From Clostridia bacterium (GTDB taxonomy: Bacteria > Bacillota > Clostridia > UMGS1810): a stretch of DNA of 64,000 nt. The stretch's first letter is position 1. Every line of letters starts with the position of its first letter. The notes below the pieces were generated by a model that ran no database searches, had not been told where the DNA came from, and saw nothing but the letters and a program-made list of their open reading frames with translations. The stretch covers positions 2,004-66,003 of the forward strand of contig JAZQZC010000036.1 in assembly GCA_045633845.1 (NCBI GenBank). Direction: 5' to 3'. Below, in pieces: positions 56,517-64,000 of this stretch. Made by a program: the position numbers and the translations under genes.

Positions 56517-57161
56517 ATGAAAAAAAAGGAACGTGTTTGTGAAATTGCAAAGGTTTTTGACACTGTTTATCCAAATGCCGAGTGTTCTCTTGATTACACT
56601 ACCGATTTTGAGCTGCTTTTTGCGGTGATTTTGTCGGCTCAGTGCACAGATGCAAGGGTAAATATTGTAACAAAGCAGTTGTTTAAAAGATATAAAACTA
56701 TTGAGGACTACGCAGGTGCCGATTTAAACGAGCTTATGGATATAGTCAAAACCTGCGGCTTTTACAAAAACAAAGCAAAAAACATAATCAGTGCAGCAAA
56801 TTCCATTGTTAATGATTTTGGGGGCAGGGTTCCCGATACAATTGAGGAGCTTACCTCTCTTGCGGGGGTAGGGCGCAAAACGGCAAATCTTATTTTGGGC
56901 GATATTTTTGGTAAGCCCGGAGTTGTGGTTGACACCCACTGCATACGTTTGTCAAACCGCTTTGGACTCACAACTCAGCAGGACCCGGTAAAAATAGAGC
57001 TGGAGCTTGCAAAAATTATTCCTCCCGAAATTCAGAGTCATTTTTGCCATCAGCTTGTGCTTCATGGAAGGGCATACTGCAATGCCCGAAAGCCGCTTTG
57101 CCAAAACTGCCCTGTAAGCCACCTTTGCAAATACTTTGAAAAACAAAACAAAAGGAGATAA
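56517..57161 (+). CDS. nth: Endonuclease III
   Basis: HhH-GPD block LAGVGRKTANLILG and the C-terminal 4Fe-4S motif C..ARKPLCQNCPVSHLC. Confidence 0.93.
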   Translation: MKKKERVCEIAKVFDTVYPNAECSLDYTTDFELLFAVILSAQCTDARVNIVTKQLFKRYKTIEDYAGADLNELMDIVKTCGFYKNKAKNIISAANSIVNDFGGRVPDTIEELTSLAGVGRKTANLILGDIFGKPGVVVDTHCIRLSNRFGLTTQQDPVKIELELAKIIPPEIQSHFCHQLVLHGRAYCNARKPLCQNCPVSHLCKYFEKQNKRR

Positions 57162-57165
57162 CCAA

Positions 57166-58023
57166 ATGGCATATTTCGGACCTTCGGGTAATGAAGACGC
57201 TTTTTATGAGGCAGGATATAAGTCATCGGTTCAGATGCCCGAATATACGGCAAAATTAGGCCTTGATGCATATGAGTATCAGTGCTCACGAGGTGTAAAA
57301 ATAACACAAAAAACTGCAAATGCCTTGGGCGACGAAGCAAATAAGCACAACATAAAGCTTAGTATTCACGCACCGTACTATATCAACCTTGCAACAGACG
57401 ATGAGCAAAAAAGAATAAACAGTATAAAATATATAACCGACAGTATGATTGCGGCAAAGCATATGGGTGCCGACAGGGTTGTTGTTCACTCAGGAGCCTG
57501 CTCCAAAATGTCGCGCCAAGCTGCTATGGAATATGCCTTTAAAACACTTAAAATGGCATATGACGAAGCAAAAAATCTTGGTGTAGAGTCTGTTCACATC
57601 TGCCCCGAAACAATGGGAAAAATAAATCAGCTCGGTGATTTGGAAGAGGTGCTCAGCCTTTGCGCAATCAACGACTCGTTTTTGCCTACAATAGACTTCG
57701 GTCATCTCAACGCGCGGACTTTTGGAGGATTGAAGGCATATGAGGATTATGAACATATATTCAACAGAATAGAGGATGTTCTGGGCTTTGACAGGCTCAA
57801 CTGCTTTCATGCCCATTTTTCACGCATAGAGTTTACACCAAACGGCGGCGAAAAAAAGCATCACACTCTTGATGATACTGAGTACGGCCCCGAGTTTGAT
57901 CCAATTGCCGAAATTTTAGCCAAAAGAGATTTGCATCCCACCATTATTTGCGAGTCAAACGGCAATATGGCACAGGATGCGCTAAGACTTAAAAATATGT
58001 ATCTTGCTGCAAAAAGAGGGTAA
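57166..58023 (+). CDS. Xylose-isomerase-like TIM-barrel protein (AP endonuclease 2 / Endo IV-related)
   Basis: LSIHAPYYINLA, VVVHSG, and IDFGHLNAR. ATG 57166 follows AAGGAG. Confidence 0.65.
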   Translation: MAYFGPSGNEDAFYEAGYKSSVQMPEYTAKLGLDAYEYQCSRGVKITQKTANALGDEANKHNIKLSIHAPYYINLATDDEQKRINSIKYITDSMIAAKHMGADRVVVHSGACSKMSRQAAMEYAFKTLKMAYDEAKNLGVESVHICPETMGKINQLGDLEEVLSLCAINDSFLPTIDFGHLNARTFGGLKAYEDYEHIFNRIEDVLGFDRLNCFHAHFSRIEFTPNGGEKKHHTLDDTEYGPEFDPIAEILAKRDLHPTIICESNGNMAQDALRLKNMYLAAKRG

Positions 58024-58027
58024 CGCA

Positions 58028-59071
58028 ATGGATAGAGCACACAAACTTTTACCGCTTTTGTCGGAGCTTGGGCTTGATGCAATACTTGTAACCGACCGCA
58101 AAAATGTTTTGTATTTTTCGCACTTTTCGGGCAGCAACGGGTATCTTGTTGTTACAAAGACACAAAAAATACTTGTTACCGACTCTAGATATACAACTCA
58201 GTCAAAAATGCAGGCACCCGAATTTCAAATAGAGGAAATGAGAGATTTTAAAATTGAGAATGTCCTGGGTGACAAGGCAAAGGTTGGCTTTGAAAACAAA
58301 ACAATTCTGCACTGCGAATATTGCTCATTCAGCAGCAAAATCAAACAGCTTGTGCCCCTTGATTTTGCTCTTACTCAAATAAGAAGTATAAAAGACGATG
58401 AAGAAATAAAAAATATATCATATGCCGCACAAATTGCTGACAAAGCATTTTTGCATATGACAGATTTTATTCGCGAGGGGATGACAGAGCTTGAGGCTGC
58501 GTTTGAGCTCGAAATGTATATGCGAAGCCTCGGCGCATCGTCAGTGTCTTTTGAGTCTATTGTTGCTTCGGGCAAAAACGGCGCAATGCCCCACGCACGG
58601 CCGTCAGACAAAAAAATGCAAAACGGCGACCTTGTTGTTATGGACTTTGGCTGTGTGTATAACGGCTACTGCAGCGATATGACCCGCACCATTGCAATAG
58701 GAGCTGTATCACAGCAAAAGCTTGATGTGTACAATACTGTGCTTAAGGTTCAAAAAGAGTGTATCAATATGGCAAAGCCCGGAGCAAAATGCAGTGACAT
58801 ACATAATCATTCATTTAAAAGCCTTGACAACATTTACAAAAATTGCTATGGTCACGGCCTTGGTCACGGAGTGGGGTTGGAAATACACGAGCTGCCAAAC
58901 CTCAATTCAAAAAGTGATTATGTGCTCCAAACGGGTAATGTAATAACCATAGAGCCGGGTGTATATATCGAGGACTTATGCGGTGTCAGAATAGAAGATT
59001 TGGTTTTAATAACAGATGAAGGATGCAAAATTTTATCGAATTCTACCAAAGAATTAATAAAAATCAAATAA
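58028..59071 (+). CDS. M24-family Xaa-Pro aminopeptidase
   Basis: Creatinase-like N-terminal domain, then metal ligands in DFGCVYNGYCSDMTRT, HGLGHGVGLEIHE, and IEPGVY...RIED. Confidence 0.88.
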   Translation: MDRAHKLLPLLSELGLDAILVTDRKNVLYFSHFSGSNGYLVVTKTQKILVTDSRYTTQSKMQAPEFQIEEMRDFKIENVLGDKAKVGFENKTILHCEYCSFSSKIKQLVPLDFALTQIRSIKDDEEIKNISYAAQIADKAFLHMTDFIREGMTELEAAFELEMYMRSLGASSVSFESIVASGKNGAMPHARPSDKKMQNGDLVVMDFGCVYNGYCSDMTRTIAIGAVSQQKLDVYNTVLKVQKECINMAKPGAKCSDIHNHSFKSLDNIYKNCYGHGLGHGVGLEIHELPNLNSKSDYVLQTGNVITIEPGVYIEDLCGVRIEDLVLITDEGCKILSNSTKELIKIK

Positions 59072-59156
59072 AATTGCAAAAAACACTTGCAATATATGTA
59101 AAAATACAGTAAAATGTTAATATCTAATCAAATGACTAATCGGAGGTATATTAAAT

Positions 59157-59714
59157 ATGATTACAGCAGGTGAATTTAGAAACGGTGTTACATTCGAGCT
59201 CGAAGGCAACGTTTTTCAGATTGTTGAATTCCAGCATGTAAAACCGGGTAAAGGTGCAGCTTTTGTACGTACAAAGCTTAAAAACGTTATTACAGGCGGT
59301 GTGGTTGAAAAAACCTTCAGACCTACCGAAAAAATGCCAAAAGCACATATAGAACGTAAGGATTACGAATATCTTTACAACGATGGTGAGCTCTATTACT
59401 TTATGGAGCAGGAAACATTCGAGCAGATGCCTCTCAGTGCAGACCAGCTCGGTGATTCACTTAAATTTGTTAAGGAAAATATGGTAGTTAAAGTATTGTC
59501 TTACAAGGGCAATGTATTTGGTGTAGAGCCTCCTACATTTGTAGAATTGGTTGTTACCGAAACAGAGCCCGGCTTTAAAGGCGATACAACAACAGGTGCT
59601 ACAAAGCCTGCAACTCTCGAAACAGGTGCTACAATCAACGTACCGCTCTTTGTTAACCAGGAGGATACAATCAGAGTTGACACAAGAACAGGCGAATATA
59701 TGGAAAGAGTTTAA
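59157..59714 (+). CDS. efp: Elongation factor P
   Basis: [44 protein letters not shown]. Confidence 0.96.
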   Translation: MITAGEFRNGVTFELEGNVFQIVEFQHVKPGKGAAFVRTKLKNVITGGVVEKTFRPTEKMPKAHIERKDYEYLYNDGELYYFMEQETFEQMPLSADQLGDSLKFVKENMVVKVLSYKGNVFGVEPPTFVELVVTETEPGFKGDTTTGATKPATLETGATINVPLFVNQEDTIRVDTRTGEYMERV

Positions 59715-59754
59715 TTTCTGTTTAAATAATTTTTAAGAAAGGTTGGTTGTTGTT

Positions 59755-60174
59755 ATGGAAAATATTTCAAATCAGATTTCTTATTTAAAAGGTCTTGTGG
59801 AAGGTCTTGATATAGACGCATCTTCCAAAGAAGGTAAAGTATTTGAGGCTATTATAGACGCTCTTGACGAAATTAATGATACAATCAACGATTTGTATGA
59901 TTATCAGGACGAAATTGCAGAGCAGGTAGATATGATTGATGACGACCTTGCAGAGATTGAAGAAGAGCTCATCGATTGCTGCGACGAGGATTGCGATTGC
60001 TGCGACGACTGTGATTTTGATGACGATATCGAGTATTACGAAATTGAGTGTCCCAACTGTCATGATGTAATCTGCATCGATGAAGATTGCTTTGAGGATG
60101 ATGACGAAATCGTTTGCCCTAACTGCAGCGAGCCAATCGAAATCAATTTTGAAGTAGAACAAGACGAAGAATAA
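59755..60174 (+). CDS. Highly acidic Cys-rich zinc-ribbon protein (function unknown)
   Basis: 139 aa. Helical acidic N-terminal half, a CCDEDCDCCDDC cluster, then CPNC...17 aa...CPNC. Confidence 0.5.
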   Translation: MENISNQISYLKGLVEGLDIDASSKEGKVFEAIIDALDEINDTINDLYDYQDEIAEQVDMIDDDLAEIEEELIDCCDEDCDCCDDCDFDDDIEYYEIECPNCHDVICIDEDCFEDDDEIVCPNCSEPIEINFEVEQDEE

Positions 60175-60180
60175 TTTACC

Positions 60181-60213
60181 AAAAAGAAGTATACATTATT
60201 GTGTACTTCTTTT
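60181..60213 (+). terminator. Intrinsic terminator after the zinc-ribbon gene
   Basis: AAGAAGTATAC-attatt-GTGTACTTCTT followed by TTT. Element C starts at the next nucleotide. Confidence 0.7.
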
Positions 60214-60490
60214 TAGCCGAAAGATAGTAATCCGAACCTCGATTTTAAAAGGTGAATTTTCGCTTTCGTTGTGTTAAAATACTCGGTAATCCACCAAGGA
60301 TTACCTGCGTTTTTGCCTTACGCAACCAAAAATTCACTACTTTTAAAATTCCACGACCTGAACCAGATGGAATTTTGAGTAAATTTTGGTGCGGAAGATG
60401 AAGCAAGGCTGACGCCTTGCAACTAGACATAACCGAAAGTTACCCAAATTACGCTGTTTCAGGCGGGTTCGGATTACTCTCTTTCGGCTA
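60214..60490. mobile_element. Family-2 MITE-like element, divergent copy C (273 bp plus TA/TA)
   Basis: Termini GCCGAAAGATAGTAATCCGAACC / GGTTCGGATTACTCTCTTTCGGC, flanked by TA on both sides. It has the same length and helix layout as copies A/B and shares GGCTGACGCC at the same offset. Confidence 0.75.
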
Positions 60491-60550
60491 GCCTTATCTG
60501 CCTACGGTAAGGCTATGTACAATTTTTGTTTATATGTAGGCGGAAAGGCT

Positions 60551-62650
60551 ATGGAAAATCAAATGACAAGAGTATCAGATATGTTTGGTTCAATGGTGTT
60601 TAACGATACTGTTATGAGGGAAAGACTCCCGAGAGAAACATATAAAGCACTTCAAAAAACCATAAAAGACGGCAAACATCTTGAGCTTAGTCTTGCCACT
60701 ATTGTTGCAAATGCAATGAAGGATTGGGCTATCGAAAAAGGTGCTACACATTATACACACTGGTTTCAGCCTATGACAGGCATCACTGCCGAAAAGCACG
60801 ACAGCTTTATTACCCCTACCGAAAACGGCAAGGTTATAATGGAGTTTTCGGGCAAGGAGCTTGTTAAGGGTGAGCCTGATGCGTCATCATTCCCATCGGG
60901 CGGACTTCGTGCTACCTTTGAGGCGCGCGGTTACACTGCCTGGGATCCATCATCATATGCATTTATAAAAGATAATATCCTTTGTATTCCCACAGCTTTT
61001 TGCTCATTTGGCGGCGAGGCTCTTGACAACAAAACCCCGCTTCTTCGCTCAATGGAAGCTATTAACCGCCAGGCAATGCGCGTAATCAAGCTTTTTGGCA
61101 ACGAAAATGTCACATCTATTAAAACAACTGTGGGTCCCGAGCAGGAGTATTTTCTTATTGACAAGGATGTGTACGAGCAGCGCAAGGACCTTATATACAC
61201 AGGCCGTACTCTTTTTGGTGCCCGCGCTCCAAAAGGTCAGGAAATGGATGACCATTACTTTGGCGCCATAAAACCGAGAGTTGCAGCCTTTATGGATGAA
61301 CTCAATGAGGAGTGCTGGAAGCTTGGTATTCTGGCAAAAACACAGCATAACGAGGCAGCTCCTGCGCAGCACGAGCTTGCTCCTGTATACACAACAACAA
61401 ATATTGCGGCAGACCACAATCAGCTCACAATGGAGCTTATGCAAAAAATTGCAAAAAAACACAATATGGTATGCCTGCTTCACGAAAAGCCCTTTAAAGG
61501 CGTTAACGGCAGCGGCAAGCATAACAACTGGTCACTTACCACAAACACAGGTGTTAACCTGCTTGAACCAGGGGACACCCCATACGAAAATGCACAGTTT
61601 ATATTGTTTTTGTGTGCAGTTATCAAAGCAGTTGACGAGTATCAGGATTTGCTGAGAATTTCCATTGCATCGCCAGGCAACGACCACCGACTTGGTGCCA
61701 ACGAAGCGCCGCCTGCAATTGTGTCAATGTTTTTGGGTGATGAGCTAAATGAGGTTCTCGAGGCTATCGAAAATGATACAGGCTACGATGCTAAAGAAAA
61801 AGAGGTTATGAGAGTCGGCGTACATATTTTGCCAAAATTTAACCGCGACACCACCGACCGCAACCGAACAAGCCCCTTTGCATTTACAGGCAACAAGTTT
61901 GAGTTTCGTATGCTTGGTTCGTCTGCATCGGTTTCGTTTAGCAACGTGGTAATAAACACCGCTGTTGCAGAGGTGCTGCGCACATTTGCCGACGAGCTCG
62001 AAAATTCAAAGGATTTTGATAACGATTTGCACGCTTTGGTTGCAAAAACAATAAAAGAGCATAAGCGTATAATCTTTAACGGCAACGGTTATGATGATGC
62101 CTGGGTGGCAGAAGCCAAAAAACGCGGACTTTTAAATCTCAAATCCACACCCGATTGCCTGCCGTACTTTATAAAAGACAAAAACATTGCTCTGTTTACA
62201 ACACACAAGGTATTTTCCGAAACAGAGATGCGTGCAAGATACGAAATAATGCTCGAAAATTATTCAAAGCTTATTAATATCGAAACACTCACTGCTCTCG
62301 ATATGACTAAAAAGCAGATACTTCCTGCGGTCAGCGCATATATTAAACAAATTGCCGAAACGGCACTTGCAAAAAAACCTTTTGGTGCAGATACCACATA
62401 TGAGGTTGAAACACTCACTTTAATGTCAAAGCTTGCAGGTGAGGCGCATAATCTTGTTTGCGAGCTTGAAAATCACTCGCGTGAGGCAGAATCAATAAAA
62501 GATGCAAAAGAAAAAGCGGATTATTATAAGGATAATGTACTTGTTACAATGGCACAAATCAGAGAAAGAATTGACGCTCTTGAATCTATGACATCTGCAA
62601 AATACTGGCCATATCCTTCATACGGCGAGCTGCTTTTTGGTATTAAGTAA
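60551..62650 (+). CDS. glnN: Glutamine synthetase, type III
   Basis: About 700 aa. N-terminal [18 protein letters not shown] and [12 protein letters not shown], then [10 protein letters not shown]. The start at ATG 60551 is uncertain; ATG 60563 is also possible. Confidence 0.88.
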   Translation: MENQMTRVSDMFGSMVFNDTVMRERLPRETYKALQKTIKDGKHLELSLATIVANAMKDWAIEKGATHYTHWFQPMTGITAEKHDSFITPTENGKVIMEFSGKELVKGEPDASSFPSGGLRATFEARGYTAWDPSSYAFIKDNILCIPTAFCSFGGEALDNKTPLLRSMEAINRQAMRVIKLFGNENVTSIKTTVGPEQEYFLIDKDVYEQRKDLIYTGRTLFGARAPKGQEMDDHYFGAIKPRVAAFMDELNEECWKLGILAKTQHNEAAPAQHELAPVYTTTNIAADHNQLTMELMQKIAKKHNMVCLLHEKPFKGVNGSGKHNNWSLTTNTGVNLLEPGDTPYENAQFILFLCAVIKAVDEYQDLLRISIASPGNDHRLGANEAPPAIVSMFLGDELNEVLEAIENDTGYDAKEKEVMRVGVHILPKFNRDTTDRNRTSPFAFTGNKFEFRMLGSSASVSFSNVVINTAVAEVLRTFADELENSKDFDNDLHALVAKTIKEHKRIIFNGNGYDDAWVAEAKKRGLLNLKSTPDCLPYFIKDKNIALFTTHKVFSETEMRARYEIMLENYSKLINIETLTALDMTKKQILPAVSAYIKQIAETALAKKPFGADTTYEVETLTLMSKLAGEAHNLVCELENHSREAESIKDAKEKADYYKDNVLVTMAQIRERIDALESMTSAKYWPYPSYGELLFGIK

Positions 62651-62664
62651 TTTGGAGGAATATT

Positions 62665-63249
62665 ATGGAGTTTACACAAATCAAGGGTACCATTTTTGGG
62701 TACAAAAAGGTTGATGTTGTTCAGTATATAAGCGAGCTCAATGAGCTTCACACTGCGCAGCTTCAAAATAAAAAAGACGAGCTTGAAGAGCTCAAAAAAG
62801 CAAACGATGGCGAAATTAATTCGTTAAAAGCGCAAAACGAGGAGCTTGAATTAAAGGTTAATGAGCTCAAAGAGCAGCTTAACAGTGTTCAGACAGAGCT
62901 TAATTCTACACTTTCTGCGCTTGAGCTTTTAAAGAATGAGCACAACAGCCTGCTTGAAGAAACAACAGATTTGAGAGATAAAAGCGAGTTTATTGCAACT
63001 GCTATTATCAAAGCCGAAAAATGTGCAGGTCTGCTTGTTAACGAGGCTCGTAGCAATGCAACCGAAATTGTTAATCAGGCACACCAAAAGGTTGAAGCCG
63101 AAAAGCAAAAGCTCGAAAAAGCAAAGGAATATGTATCTGATATCAGAGCACAGTTCAACAACCTTGCAACTCAGATTAACACTGTTTTGGGTTCAACCGA
63201 AGCTGAGCTTAATGTAAAAATCAGCTCAATCGAAAAGGCAAGCAAATAA
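62665..63249 (+). CDS. DivIVA-domain-like coiled-coil protein
   Basis: The N-terminus FGYKKVDVVQYISELNE resembles the DivIVA N-domain pattern (GYd..eVd.fld). The rest is a long coiled coil. Confidence 0.55.
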   Translation: MEFTQIKGTIFGYKKVDVVQYISELNELHTAQLQNKKDELEELKKANDGEINSLKAQNEELELKVNELKEQLNSVQTELNSTLSALELLKNEHNSLLEETTDLRDKSEFIATAIIKAEKCAGLLVNEARSNATEIVNQAHQKVEAEKQKLEKAKEYVSDIRAQFNNLATQINTVLGSTEAELNVKISSIEKASK

Positions 63250-63252
63250 AAG

Positions 63253-63281
63253 TTGACAAAACACAAAAAAAGTGTTATCAT
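63253..63281 (+). promoter_or_regulatory. Sigma-A promoter of the pheS leader
   Basis: TTGACA (63253-63258), a 17-nt spacer with TG, and TATCAT (63276-63281). Confidence 0.6.
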
Positions 63282-63287
63282 CTTTTT

Positions 63288-63538
63288 TGTAGGCGTTGAA
63301 GATGTGTAAGTAGCAAAAGAATTTTCTTCAAAGAGAGAGCATATCGTCGGCTGTGAGTATGCTTGTTGAAACCTTTTGTGAATTTCAGCATTGGAGCCTT
63401 CTGCGAAAAGTATTTTGCGTTAAGCAGACATTACCGTAATGGCAAAAATCGGACTAAAAGAGCGAAATTTATATTTCGAAATAGGGTGGTACCGCGAGCA
63501 ATCTCGTCCCTTACATATGGGCGATGATTGCTTTTTTG
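63288..63538 (+). promoter_or_regulatory. T-box riboswitch, Phe specifier (UUC)
   Basis: AGAGAG bay, distal-loop GCTGTGA, a specifier-loop candidate GAATTTCA (UUC followed by A), the T-box sequence AATAGGGTGGTACCGCG (63480-63496), and the terminator GAGCAATCTCGTCCC...GGGCGATGATTGC plus TTTTTT. Confidence 0.85.
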
Positions 63539-63602
63539 CTATAGGAAATTCCGCTTTTGTGTGTTCGCGAGTGAGATGAAAACAAGTCTTGTTCGTGACA
63601 AC

Positions 63603-63626
63603 AGCGGCAATCGCCGCTTTTTGTTT
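63603..63626 (+). terminator. Second terminator-like hairpin between the T-box and pheS
   Basis: AGCGGC-aatc-GCCGCT followed by TTTTGTTT, 35 nt upstream of the pheS ATG. Confidence 0.5.
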
Positions 63627-63660
63627 ATATAAATATTAACTTGATATATATGGAGGTAGC

Positions 63661-64000
63661 TATGAAAACCAAAATAGCACAAATCAAAGCAGACTTGGAA
63701 AGCAAGCTTGTTGTGGGAATTGGTATGGAGGAGTACAAGCTTCTTCGCGAACAATATCTCAGTAACAAATCGGGCGAAATTCCAAATCTTATGAAAGCAA
63801 TGAGAGATGTACCCAAAGAGGAAAAGCCTCAGATGGGCAAAATTATCAATGAGCTTAAGGTATGGGCAGAGGAGCGCTTCGGTGAAGTTGATGCGGCTCT
63901 TAAGGCAACCGAGCTTGCCGAAAAAAATGCAAAAGAATCTGTTGATATCACAATGCCTGCAACCAAAAATGAAACAGGCTCACTTCACCCCACAACACTC
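63661..64000 (+). CDS. pheS: Phenylalanine--tRNA ligase alpha subunit, N-terminal part (3' end outside window)
   Basis: The ORF is open to the window end and so is absent from the ORF track. MKTKIAQIKADLESK...YLSNKSGEIPNLMKAMRDVPKEEKPQMGKIINELK matches the coiled-coil N-terminus of PheS. RBS GGAGG lies upstream and the gene sits downstream of a Phe T-box. Confidence 0.85.

Overview
The window is a 64-kb chromosomal segment from a low-GC, endospore-forming Firmicute. Gene content (spoIIR, spoVM, an SLH-domain wall protein, MurT/GatD, type III glutamine synthetase) points to class Clostridia; I cannot name the species from sequence alone.

Almost all of it is housekeeping. Left to right:
- Start of the window: a GH2 fragment, ispE, spoIIR and tmcAL.
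- A sugar-uptake locus: lipoprotein SBP, GH105 hydrolase, two permeases and a DUF624 protein, followed by rnhA.
- An SDR, then a MacA/MacB/FtsX-type efflux trio and an SLH protein.
- A minus-strand block: orphan family-5 SBP, ymdB, rny, folD, ygiQ, ftsK, rho.
- yihY, rpmB, spoVM, acpP, rnc.
- A division/cell-wall (dcw) cluster: mraZ-rsmH-ftsL-PBP-murE-mraY-ftsW-murG-murA-ftsQ-ftsZ, then nrdR and dusB.
- Minus-strand gatD-murT plus an EIIC-like gene.
- Two hypothetical genes.
- infC-rpmI-rplT behind an L20 leader.
- trmH-like, cdaA-cdaR-glmM, nth, an Endo-IV-like TIM-barrel gene, pepP, efp, an acidic zinc-ribbon protein, type III glutamine synthetase, a DivIVA-like protein, and a Phe T-box leading into pheS.

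I recognised no rRNA genes, tRNA genes, CRISPR arrays or autonomous transposases.

The unusual content is non-coding: three families of intergenic, strongly self-complementary repeats.
1. A 273-274-bp TA-flanked inverted-repeat element (MITE-like) is present in three copies.
   - One copy sits inside the 3' end of rho. Removing it in silico restores a canonical Rho tail.
   - The copies show compensatory base changes and a strand-biased G:T pattern, which suggests a conserved fold.
2. A modular palindromic family is built on the core GACARNNGGGGAY and occurs at five loci, about 1.06 kb in total. Two inverted copies bracket spoIIR.
3. A single 241-bp rod-like palindrome lies between the SDR gene and the MacA-like gene.

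All functional calls rest on motif recognition by eye. No database search or folding program was run.
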